Part shown: positions 1 through 6,914 of the stretch, in pieces | How the letters are laid out: every line of letters begins with the position of its first letter | Position numbering within the stretch: position 1 is the stretch's first letter | DNA from: Nitrospinota bacterium | GTDB taxonomy: Bacteria > Nitrospinota > Nitrospinia > Nitrospinales > VA-1 | Length of the DNA: 13,791 bases | Assembly: GCA_038108555.1 (NCBI GenBank) | Contig: JAYNIA010000050.1 | Coordinates: forward strand, 5,216-19,006 | Direction: 5' to 3' | Position numbers and translations under genes: made by a program | The notes under the pieces: generated by a model | What the model was told of the DNA's origin: nothing | Seen by the model: the letters and a program-made list of their open reading frames with translations, nothing else | The model's database searches: none

Positions 1-222
1 CAGGTATCCTTGTTTCTTGAGGGTGTGGAACCAAGTATTAATGTTGATATGAAGGGTAGGGTAGGACGCTCGGTTGACCAGGAACTAGCCGTAGAATTTA
101 AGGAAATTGACCTGGAAAGCTATGAACATTTAACCAATCTGGTTCGCTATAATTCACGTCAGGATGCTGAAACAGTCGATAAAGAACTTGGTGAGCATAC
201 CGGCATCAAACGAAAAAACTGA
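1..222 (+). CDS. PilZ domain-containing protein, C-terminal part (5' truncated by window edge)
   Basis: Frame is open from base 1 (QVSLFLEGVEPSINVDMKGRVGR...). The pattern GxVxR...AVEFKEIDLESYEHLTNLVRYN..D.E.V..EL resembles the last strands and C-terminal helix of stand-alone PilZ proteins. The RxxxR and DxSxxG motifs would lie outside the window. Confidence 0.65.
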   Translation, partial: QVSLFLEGVEPSINVDMKGRVGRSVDQELAVEFKEIDLESYEHLTNLVRYNSRQDAETVDKELGEHTGIKRKN

Positions 223-246
223 TTTTTCCTTCTAATTTTACCATCT

Positions 247-708
247 TTAGTTTTCTGCAGGATCTTTCTCCTGTTCGTACAAAGAAAGTGCAAAGGGATT
301 GCCGTTGCAAACAAACTTGCATTGGGTCACCTTTTTCGTGAATGGAAACTGCTGACTTTGTCCTTCCATGGAAAAAACAGGAGTAGATAGTGAGCTGGGT
401 TGAGGTAGCAGGGCTTTTATATTTCCCCCGATCATATTGATTATCTCCCCGATGGCATCTTTTTTTGTTTCCTGAGTGGCTTGCCCCGAACTCAGGGAAA
501 ACATGGTTTCAGTGACACTGGCGACTAAAGGGGAGGGTAAATAAAGACTGATTACGCCATTCCACTTCCCGGTAACCTGAACGCTTCCAGTTACCATTTC
601 CTCTGAAGATAAATTGAAAGGCCCGGCTTCGGGTTGGATTTCAAGGCCCAAAAGTGTGGACCATACCATTTTGCTGTATTGTTGAATTTCGTTTTCCAGG
701 TACTGCAT
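247..708 (-). CDS. cheX: Chemotaxis phosphatase CheX family protein (copy 2)
   Basis: 153 aa. VQVTGKWNG strand, and DAIGEIINMIGGNIK carries the CheC/CheX ExxN catalytic motif, followed by LSTP. Lies downstream of cheY and cheR. Confidence 0.88.
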   Translation of the reverse strand: MQYLENEIQQYSKMVWSTLLGLEIQPEAGPFNLSSEEMVTGSVQVTGKWNGVISLYLPSPLVASVTETMFSLSSGQATQETKKDAIGEIINMIGGNIKALLPQPSSLSTPVFSMEGQSQQFPFTKKVTQCKFVCNGNPFALSLYEQEKDPAEN

Positions 709-742
709 CAGCCGACTCTAAAAGTGAAAGGTTATGGATGTT

Positions 743-1201
743 CTATTCGCTTTTTTCTACTTTTTTGAGTACAGACACTCTAAATCTATATCCCCAGCAT
801 TCAAAGGTTATCATTGTTTCAAGTTCACTGCCTGGAATCCTCAAACCATGCTGTGTCATAGTCACCGCTGGAAGCGAAAGGTAACAGGGTTCCGGCAGTA
901 AGGATTTTATATTTCCTCCGGTCATATTGGTAAGTTCTCCCAATCCATCCTCAATCAGATCCGTTGTAATTTCATCTTCCTTCAACTGGAACATAATTGA
1001 GGCCACCTTTTTGGCAAGCTCCACAGGGCAATCCAGAGCAACAGCTCCTTCCCATTCTCCTGTAATATGAACGCAACCTGCCAGAATACTTTCTCCCCCC
1101 AAAGGGCAGAAGGCGTCTTCTGTTTTTTTGACATCAAGATCAAGAATCGATTTCCAAATATCTTCTGTGTAATGGCAAATTTCGTTTTCAAATTGTTGCA
1201 T
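743..1201 (-). CDS. cheX: Chemotaxis phosphatase CheX family protein (copy 1)
   Basis: 152 aa. VHITGEWEG, DGLGELTNMTGGNIK (ExxN motif) and LSLP. Starts 4 nt after the cheR stop. Confidence 0.88.
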   Translation of the reverse strand: MQQFENEICHYTEDIWKSILDLDVKKTEDAFCPLGGESILAGCVHITGEWEGAVALDCPVELAKKVASIMFQLKEDEITTDLIEDGLGELTNMTGGNIKSLLPEPCYLSLPAVTMTQHGLRIPGSELETMITFECWGYRFRVSVLKKVEKSE

Positions 1202-1205
1202 GGTC

Positions 1206-2030
1206 TTAGCCTTGTTTTAAGCGGTAACAACCGGATTGTTTATAAGGCATTCTTTCAAAATTCTCGTCCAGATTAAGCGTTGTTTCTGCAGCCCCCAAAA
1301 ACAAAAAACCATCAGGCTTGAGTATTTTTCGTACCCGGCCTAGAATATCTTTTTTCATGTCCACATCGAAATAAATGAGAACATTACGCATCATTATCAG
1401 GTCCAGCGCCGGCATGTAAGGCCACTTTTCGGATAGATTGGTGATTCTAAACTGGATCATCTTCCTTAATTCTTCTTTAACCTGCCATTCAGTACCCAGA
1501 CGATTAAAAAATTTAACCATCAAAGGAGCTGGAAGGCCACGATTGATTTCCAACTGGCTATAAATTCCACTTCGACATCGGTTCAACATTTGGTTGGAAA
1601 TATCGCTGGCGGCAAAATAAATTTTCCAGGAATTCAAAACAGGAAATTCATTTCTAAGTATCATTGCTAGGGAGTAACACTCCTGCCCACTGGAACTCGC
1701 CCCACACCAGATATTTAATTCTTTCTTGTCTTTTCTCTTTTCAATCAAATTGGGAATGATTTCTTTTTTTAAAGTCTCAAAAGGGTGGATGTCGCGGAAA
1801 AAGGAAGTTTCATTGGTGGTCATGGCTTCGATCACCGCATCGTGAAGTTCTCCTTTAGGTTTGGCTTTTAACTGCTTGACCAGGTTTTCCAGGGTCTCCA
1901 GCTTTTCCTGATGGACTAAAGGCATTAATCTCGATTCAACAAGATATTCCTTCCCTTTCTCAAGGACGATCGCTGATTCTTCCTTTACAACTTTGCTTAT
2001 ATGCTCAAAATCTGCTGGGTTGATGGCCAT
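1206..2030 (-). CDS. cheR: Chemotaxis protein-glutamate O-methyltransferase CheR
   Basis: 274 aa with TTNETSFFRD, IWCGASSSGQECYSLAM, ASDIS, DLIMMRNVLIYFD and GFLFLGAAET motifs. AAGGAA Shine-Dalgarno upstream. Confidence 0.96.
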   Translation of the reverse strand: MAINPADFEHISKVVKEESAIVLEKGKEYLVESRLMPLVHQEKLETLENLVKQLKAKPKGELHDAVIEAMTTNETSFFRDIHPFETLKKEIIPNLIEKRKDKKELNIWCGASSSGQECYSLAMILRNEFPVLNSWKIYFAASDISNQMLNRCRSGIYSQLEINRGLPAPLMVKFFNRLGTEWQVKEELRKMIQFRITNLSEKWPYMPALDLIMMRNVLIYFDVDMKKDILGRVRKILKPDGFLFLGAAETTLNLDENFERMPYKQSGCYRLKQG

Positions 2031-2070
2031 GCTATTCCTTTTTTAATTGCAAGTCGCCTGGTTTCTTTGT

Positions 2071-2442
2071 TTACTCAACTGACAAGCCCATGATTGTAAG
2101 TTTTTCTACAATCATTTCTTTGGTGAACGGTTTCATCACATACTCGTTTGCACCCGCTTCCAGCGCTTTTACGACTTGCGACATTTCCGTTTCAGTTGTG
2201 ACCATCATGAGGCGCATATCTTTGTATTTGTCGTCTTTTCGAACCTCGCATACAAATTCATACCCATTCATTTCAGGCATATTCCAATCAACCAGTGCCA
2301 AGTCAAGAGGGCCGGTTTCTTTTAATACTTCCAAAGCTTCCAGACCATGCCCTGCATTGAACACTTCAAATTTCAAGGCTTTAAGAATTTGTCCCAGAAT
2401 CATTCTGATAGCTCTGGAATCATCAATTACCAATGCGCGCAC
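2071..2442 (-). CDS. cheY: Single-domain response regulator, CheY-like
   Basis: 123 aa receiver domain: LVIDDS, DWNMPEMNG (phospho-Asp), MVTT and YVMKPF. GTG start with AGAGGAGG Shine-Dalgarno. Adjacent to cheR. Confidence 0.9.
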   Translation of the reverse strand: MRALVIDDSRAIRMILGQILKALKFEVFNAGHGLEALEVLKETGPLDLALVDWNMPEMNGYEFVCEVRKDDKYKDMRLMMVTTETEMSQVVKALEAGANEYVMKPFTKEMIVEKLTIMGLSVE

Positions 2443-2648
2443 GACAACCTCCTCTAACGTGTTTGGAATGACCAGATGGGTTATAAAATGTGTTTATTTC
2501 TTTCATATTAAGCCAAAATTTAAGGTATTTATCCTTCTTTGTTAATTTTTTTTAAATCTTGTTGAATAAGTCGGATAGTGGATTATTTTAATCTGTCAAT
2601 AATTATGACCGGGCAAAATCAATTGTTTTTCGAAGGGTGATTTAAGAC

Positions 2649-2692
2649 AAAAAAAAGCCCGCTTATACGTTACGTATAAGCGGGCTTCTTTT
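2649..2692 (-). terminator. Intrinsic terminator downstream of the ForD/PorD-like gene (possibly bidirectional)
   Basis: Perfect 16-bp inverted repeat AAGCCCGCTTATACGT (2655-2670) / ACGTATAAGCGGGCTT (2672-2687). The A-run at 2649-2656 gives a U-tract on the minus strand, and a shorter T-rich tail follows on the plus strand. Confidence 0.88.
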
Positions 2693-2756
2693 GCTAAAAA
2701 CTCTTTAATTTTCTTTAAAGCTTTTCTTCAAACTAACAAAAAAAATGAATAAAGAA

Positions 2757-3476
2757 TTACTCCGCATGTTCATCGAGGCCTTGTTCCAACTCGCCCATAA
2801 ACAGAACTGCCTCTTCTTTTGAGGGATTTTTCTCTTTAGCTTTTCGAGCAGCAATTTCTTCCAGCTCTTCTTTACCTTCTTTTGTTTCTCCCCAACATTC
2901 AAATCCTTCTTTTTTTATTTTTTTGATGGCTTCTGTAACCTTTTTAATTTTTTCACCACTCACATCCCTGAGAGAGACAAAGGCATCTTCGTGTCCATCA
3001 TATTGACAGAATGCCATGGTGTAGCAGTTGGTGTTTGCACGGATCATTTTTAAAGTAATATTCGCAAAATGACAGTGGACGCCAATTAAAATACAGGATT
3101 CAATTTTATTATGCTGGATGGTCAGGTTTGGATGACAAGGGTTGATTACCTGTTCCGGGTCAATTTTTGGATAAATGGGACGGTAATCAGGCATGGTAAT
3201 AATATTCATGCCGGGAACTTCATCACGCAACTGTAAAGCCAATTCAGCTTTTTTCATCGTTTCTTCGGTCCAACCCCAAACCATCATGGGACCTGGAAAA
3301 AGGGTGGGGTTCCGTCGTGATAAAATTTCACGGGCGGCTTTTTCAATTGCTACTTCCGTGGGAACATGTTCGCCTTCCACCAAATCCATCCCCAAGCCTT
3401 TTTCCGGTTGAAATATGCCCATTGCAGCAGCAGAGGGCGGAAGTAAACCGATTGGACCTAATTCAAATTTGGACAT
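2757..3476 (-). CDS. Delta subunit of five-subunit 2-oxoacid:ferredoxin oxidoreductase (ForD/PorD type; often auto-annotated as CO dehydrogenase beta subunit family)
   Basis: 239 aa with GP...PPSAA.MG, PTLFPGP, MPDYRPIYPKIDPE..INPCHPNLTIQHNKI, IGVHCH.AN..LKMIR and GHEDA..SLRD. I recognise these motifs from ForD/PorD of Hydrogenobacter/Nitrospira-type rTCA enzymes. GGAGG Shine-Dalgarno at 3486-3490. For versus Por is not resolved. Confidence 0.85.
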   Translation of the reverse strand: MSKFELGPIGLLPPSAAAMGIFQPEKGLGMDLVEGEHVPTEVAIEKAAREILSRRNPTLFPGPMMVWGWTEETMKKAELALQLRDEVPGMNIITMPDYRPIYPKIDPEQVINPCHPNLTIQHNKIESCILIGVHCHFANITLKMIRANTNCYTMAFCQYDGHEDAFVSLRDVSGEKIKKVTEAIKKIKKEGFECWGETKEGKEELEEIAARKAKEKNPSKEEAVLFMGELEQGLDEHAE

Positions 3477-3655
3477 CTAAACAAACCTCCAATGAGTTTC
3501 TAGCGATTGAGGAATATAAAATTCCAACTAATATGTAAATAAGTATTAAAACTTTAATTTAGAAAGACTTATTAGGTTCTTAGATATGGGTTGGATAAGA
3601 GAGCAGCTTTTCCGAGAAACTCTTAGTGGACTGACCCCGTAGCTAAGAAACGTGC

Positions 3656-3684
3656 ATACTATTATTAATAAAGGCCTATGTCAA
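3656..3684 (-). promoter_or_regulatory. Putative sigma70 promoter of the ForD/PorD-like gene
   Basis: Minus strand TTGACA (3684-3679), 17-nt spacer, TAGTAT (3661-3656). Predicts a ~170-nt 5' leader. Confidence 0.65.
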
Positions 3685-3756
3685 TATCTATATGGTCCAC
3701 ACCAGACTAATTTGAGGCCGGGGGAAAATGAGTGAAAAACTTCTCCGGTGAAAGTT

Positions 3757-4398
3757 CTAAAACCCCTTTTTTTCTGCCCATTTAAAGGGATCTTTGTGCC
3801 AGACGGCCAACGACTCGATTTGCTCATTAGGCAACAATTGCATGGACCGGGCTTCTTCAATAAGGTCGGGAAATGTCAGAATGGATCGATATTTACAGTT
3901 TATTTCCTCAAAACGGCGTTGAGCTTCACTGAATCCATAACTAAAAATGCATAAACAAAGATCCACAATGCCACCAGATTTCCGAATGGCGTTCACCGCA
4001 TTGATGGCACTCCCTCCTGTTGAGACAAGGTCTTCGATTAACAAGACATTTTGTCCTTCCTTGAGGGGGCCTTCAATCTGATTGCCCATGCCATGAGATT
4101 TTGCGGAAGCTCTCACGTATATCAGAGGCTTTTTCATTTTATCGGCCAGGGTGGTTGCATGCGGAATACCGGCCGTGGCCGTTCCGGCTATGACATCGAT
4201 ATTCATTGATACTTCATCCAGAAATTTTAAAAAGATTTCCGAGATGAAAGACCGATACTCTGCTTTTCCCAAAAGCAGTCGGTTATCATTATAGATGGGC
4301 ATTTTATAGCCTGAAGCCCAGGTAAATGGTTTTTCCACATTTAGTTGAACCGCGCCTGACTCTAATGCCATTCTTGATAATTTTGAAGCGTCACTCAT
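3757..4398 (-). CDS. pyrE: Orotate phosphoribosyltransferase
   Basis: 213 aa with FTWASG..PIYNDNR, GTATAGIPHA, YVR...KSHG.GNQIEG and the PRPP-binding LLIEDLVSTGGS motif. ATGA overlap with the lptD stop. Confidence 0.96.
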   Translation of the reverse strand: MSDASKLSRMALESGAVQLNVEKPFTWASGYKMPIYNDNRLLLGKAEYRSFISEIFLKFLDEVSMNIDVIAGTATAGIPHATTLADKMKKPLIYVRASAKSHGMGNQIEGPLKEGQNVLLIEDLVSTGGSAINAVNAIRKSGGIVDLCLCIFSYGFSEAQRRFEEINCKYRSILTFPDLIEEARSMQLLPNEQIESLAVWHKDPFKWAEKKGF

Positions 4399-6914
4399 CT
4401 GATTGGATCGAAACTTCTGTGAATAAATCTTTCTTTAGGTCCGGACTGTATTGAGCCCAGTCCTCGAAATGTAATTCCCAATAAGAATCGGGTTTCCCTG
4501 GAACCGGCACTGGTGCTGGAGGTGCTGTTGAAATTGTTCCGTTGGATAAAATCGAAATTGAATCCCCAGCATTTGCACGGGTCATCATACAACAAACTGA
4601 AATTACTTTCTCGATGGGTTGCTGTTTCTTCATCCAACCTTGTACTGGCTTTGAAATTCCATCCTTTCAGGAAATCCCAATCCAAAGTAGCGAGAGTAGA
4701 GGTGTCGCCCCCACGGGTGAAACGTCTTTCGACATACATGGTCAGCTCATCTACCGGCCGGTATCCCACCTGGAAATTAAAAGTTTTCAAAACCTCGTCA
4801 TATATATCATAGGTGGTGTCAAAGTTGAGTAGAAGTGGGTCCGCAAGCCTGCTATCAACATCAAAACGAAGATCCGAGAAAGGTTGACTTGGATTGTCGG
4901 GTGTATCTACTCTGCTTGCCTCCCGGAAGTTATAGCTTTGACTGATAATAAACCTTAGCGCTTCGCGTGTTTCAAAGTCTCCCTTCCCAACAGATTCCTT
5001 TTGCAAAATCCTTTGAGTTATCGAATAGGTTAACTGGCTCTGCGGACTGACCGTATCCACTGCATCAAATACTCGTATTTTATCCTTGTCGTCCCGGTCT
5101 AGGTCAGGAATGTAACTGAAGATTAACCTTGGCTCCACCAGGTGCTTGATTTTAGGGATGAGCTTGTTTCCCGTTTCAAAAACTTTTTCAACGGTGGGTC
5201 CTTTTAAAGTTGCCAGCAAATCAATAGATTCGCGCGAAAAGAAACCTTCATCGTTTTGGCCTTTACTATATAAGGTTTCCCGTATCCCCAAGGTGGGCGT
5301 TAGGTTTAACCAGGGAGCAAAATTAATGGTGCGGGTGATTTGTGGATGGAAATCCAGCCTCTGAACTGTAAAGTTGTCGTCAATGTCCGGGTCAGAGTTG
5401 AGGTCGGTTATAAATGAGGTAAACAGGGTATCCTGGTTAAAATAAAATTTACTGTTCCCGATTTCATGCCTCTGGACTTTATAGGTAATTTGAGGCATTT
5501 CACCTAGTGTCTGGTCGCTGGCAATATCTGTACTATCCCTAAATCGAGTCAGGATTTCCAGACTACTGCTGTCCCAGGTTTTTCTAGCGGTCGCATAGGA
5601 ATTCGAGTTCCGGCGATTTCTAAGGTTTACGTTGTCGTTAAAAGTCTTATTGAATTCCTCCCCTTCCAGATCAAGGGTTCCATTAAATTTAAAACCCATA
5701 GGTAAATCCTGTGTATGTTCTGCATCCACCTTCCAGAAAGTTTGACCCGTAATTTTGTCATCGATTACCGAACCGGTAAAAAATCCTCGGGTACTCTTGC
5801 TGGGAGTGTATCGGTATTCAATGCCCGGACTGAAACCACGCTTGCTTCTATATCCTAATCTGAAGGTTGCATCGGAATGATCGTCGATGGCCCAGTAATA
5901 TTCATTGTTGAAAGTCGTACCATCGATATCACTGGTGCCAAAACCAGGGAATAAAAATCCGCTTTTTCTTTCCCGATTCATTGGGAGGTAACCCGCCGGA
6001 ACATAAAGAACGGGGAAATCCCGTATCTTCAAAACACCCCCTGTAAATACTACCCTGTCACCTGTGATGATATCCATAGACTCGGCTTCAAACAGCCAGT
6101 CCGGTAACTTTCCGGTACAGGTGGTGAGAGATACCGACTTGGCCTTATAGTGATTGTCTGAAAGACGGGACATTTCGTTGCTGGTTATGTAATGTGTTTT
6201 ACCGAGCCGTCCACGTGTCTGGAATATTTTTCCTTTCTTGCTGTTGATATTAAACCGGGAGCTGGTTGCTCTGAGTCGGGTGCCATCTTTATTTGTAATG
6301 AGGACGTGGCCTTTTGCTTTTCCATGTCCTGTTTTGTTATTTATTTTGACTTTGTCGGCCTGAATGGTTTTATCTTCCATTCGCATTTTTACTTTGCCCC
6401 ATAACCAGATGATTTCTTTTTTTACATTCTGTTTCATGTGGTCGGCGATGATTAAAATTTCATCCTTTTTCGGACTGGTTGTTACTGGAGGCTTTTGTGG
6501 GGAAGCTCCAGATGAATCCTGTTTTAGAATCCATTCAGAAAAGTTTAAGGCCTTGGGCATTTCACGATTTTCATCGGGGGATAGGGTGGTGCCATCGGCC
6601 CAATACCAGTCCGAAAAATCGTCGGGAGGTGGGGAACCAAATTTTCTATCCAACTTGCTGGATTCTGTTGAGGATAGGGGGGTGCCATCTCCCCAGAACC
6701 AGTTTGGAATTTTACCGGGCCTGATTTTGAAACCTGTTTCGGTTAAAACGACTTCTTCATCCGAATAGATTCCATCGAAACCACCCTCCTTTTTATCTTG
6801 GGGTTGGGAAATATTGTTGTCGGGCTTTGAGGAATTAGGCGGGAGTATATCGCTGGAAGACGCGTCATTGGCGAGAGTGAGGAGAATTCCCAGGATGAGT
6901 AGGGTTTTTTTCAT
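4395..6914 (-). CDS. lptD: LPS-assembly outer-membrane protein LptD with N-terminal extension
   Basis: Start re-assigned to the ATG at 6914, which gives signal peptide MKKTLLILGILLTLANDASS. Jellyroll motifs (IIAD, IQADKV, AKGHV), TTC...PDW...A, P.LY.P, RKSGFLFP, YYWAI, G.EYRY, R.DFHP, KHLVEP, CKCW and a terminal beta-strand FLLGITFRGLG. Confidence 0.9.
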   Translation of the reverse strand: MKKTLLILGILLTLANDASSSDILPPNSSKPDNNISQPQDKKEGGFDGIYSDEEVVLTETGFKIRPGKIPNWFWGDGTPLSSTESSKLDRKFGSPPPDDFSDWYWADGTTLSPDENREMPKALNFSEWILKQDSSGASPQKPPVTTSPKKDEILIIADHMKQNVKKEIIWLWGKVKMRMEDKTIQADKVKINNKTGHGKAKGHVLITNKDGTRLRATSSRFNINSKKGKIFQTRGRLGKTHYITSNEMSRLSDNHYKAKSVSLTTCTGKLPDWLFEAESMDIITGDRVVFTGGVLKIRDFPVLYVPAGYLPMNRERKSGFLFPGFGTSDIDGTTFNNEYYWAIDDHSDATFRLGYRSKRGFSPGIEYRYTPSKSTRGFFTGSVIDDKITGQTFWKVDAEHTQDLPMGFKFNGTLDLEGEEFNKTFNDNVNLRNRRNSNSYATARKTWDSSSLEILTRFRDSTDIASDQTLGEMPQITYKVQRHEIGNSKFYFNQDTLFTSFITDLNSDPDIDDNFTVQRLDFHPQITRTINFAPWLNLTPTLGIRETLYSKGQNDEGFFSRESIDLLATLKGPTVEKVFETGNKLIPKIKHLVEPRLIFSYIPDLDRDDKDKIRVFDAVDTVSPQSQLTYSITQRILQKESVGKGDFETREALRFIISQSYNFREASRVDTPDNPSQPFSDLRFDVDSRLADPLLLNFDTTYDIYDEVLKTFNFQVGYRPVDELTMYVERRFTRGGDTSTLATLDWDFLKGWNFKASTRLDEETATHRESNFSLLYDDPCKCWGFNFDFIQRNNFNSTSSTSAGSRETRFLLGITFRGLGSIQSGPKERFIHRSFDPIR
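6579..6703 (-). repeat. Intragenic direct repeat in lptD N-terminal extension (WxWxDGTxLS, two copies)
   Basis: 6672-6703 and 6579-6610 are 27/32 nt identical at a 93-nt period. They encode NWFWGDGTPLS and DWYWADGTTLS. Confidence 0.8.

Noticed and set aside
2560..2600. Promoter for cheY: sigma70 (TTGACA at 2599-2594, minus strand) or sigma28 (TAAA...CCGA)
   Set aside because: No acceptable -10 hexamer at 16-18 nt from TTGACA, and the TAAA-to-CCGA spacing is about 4 nt too short for sigma28. Not supportable.
2757..3476. Carbon monoxide dehydrogenase / Wood-Ljungdahl gene
   Set aside because: The motifs match the ForD/PorD delta subunits that share this fold, and no cdh/acs/coo genes are adjacent.
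3735..3756. Terminator after pyrE (AACTT...AAGTT followed by T-run on the minus strand)
   Set aside because: The stem is short, AT-rich and bulged. Plausible but too weak to report as a feature.
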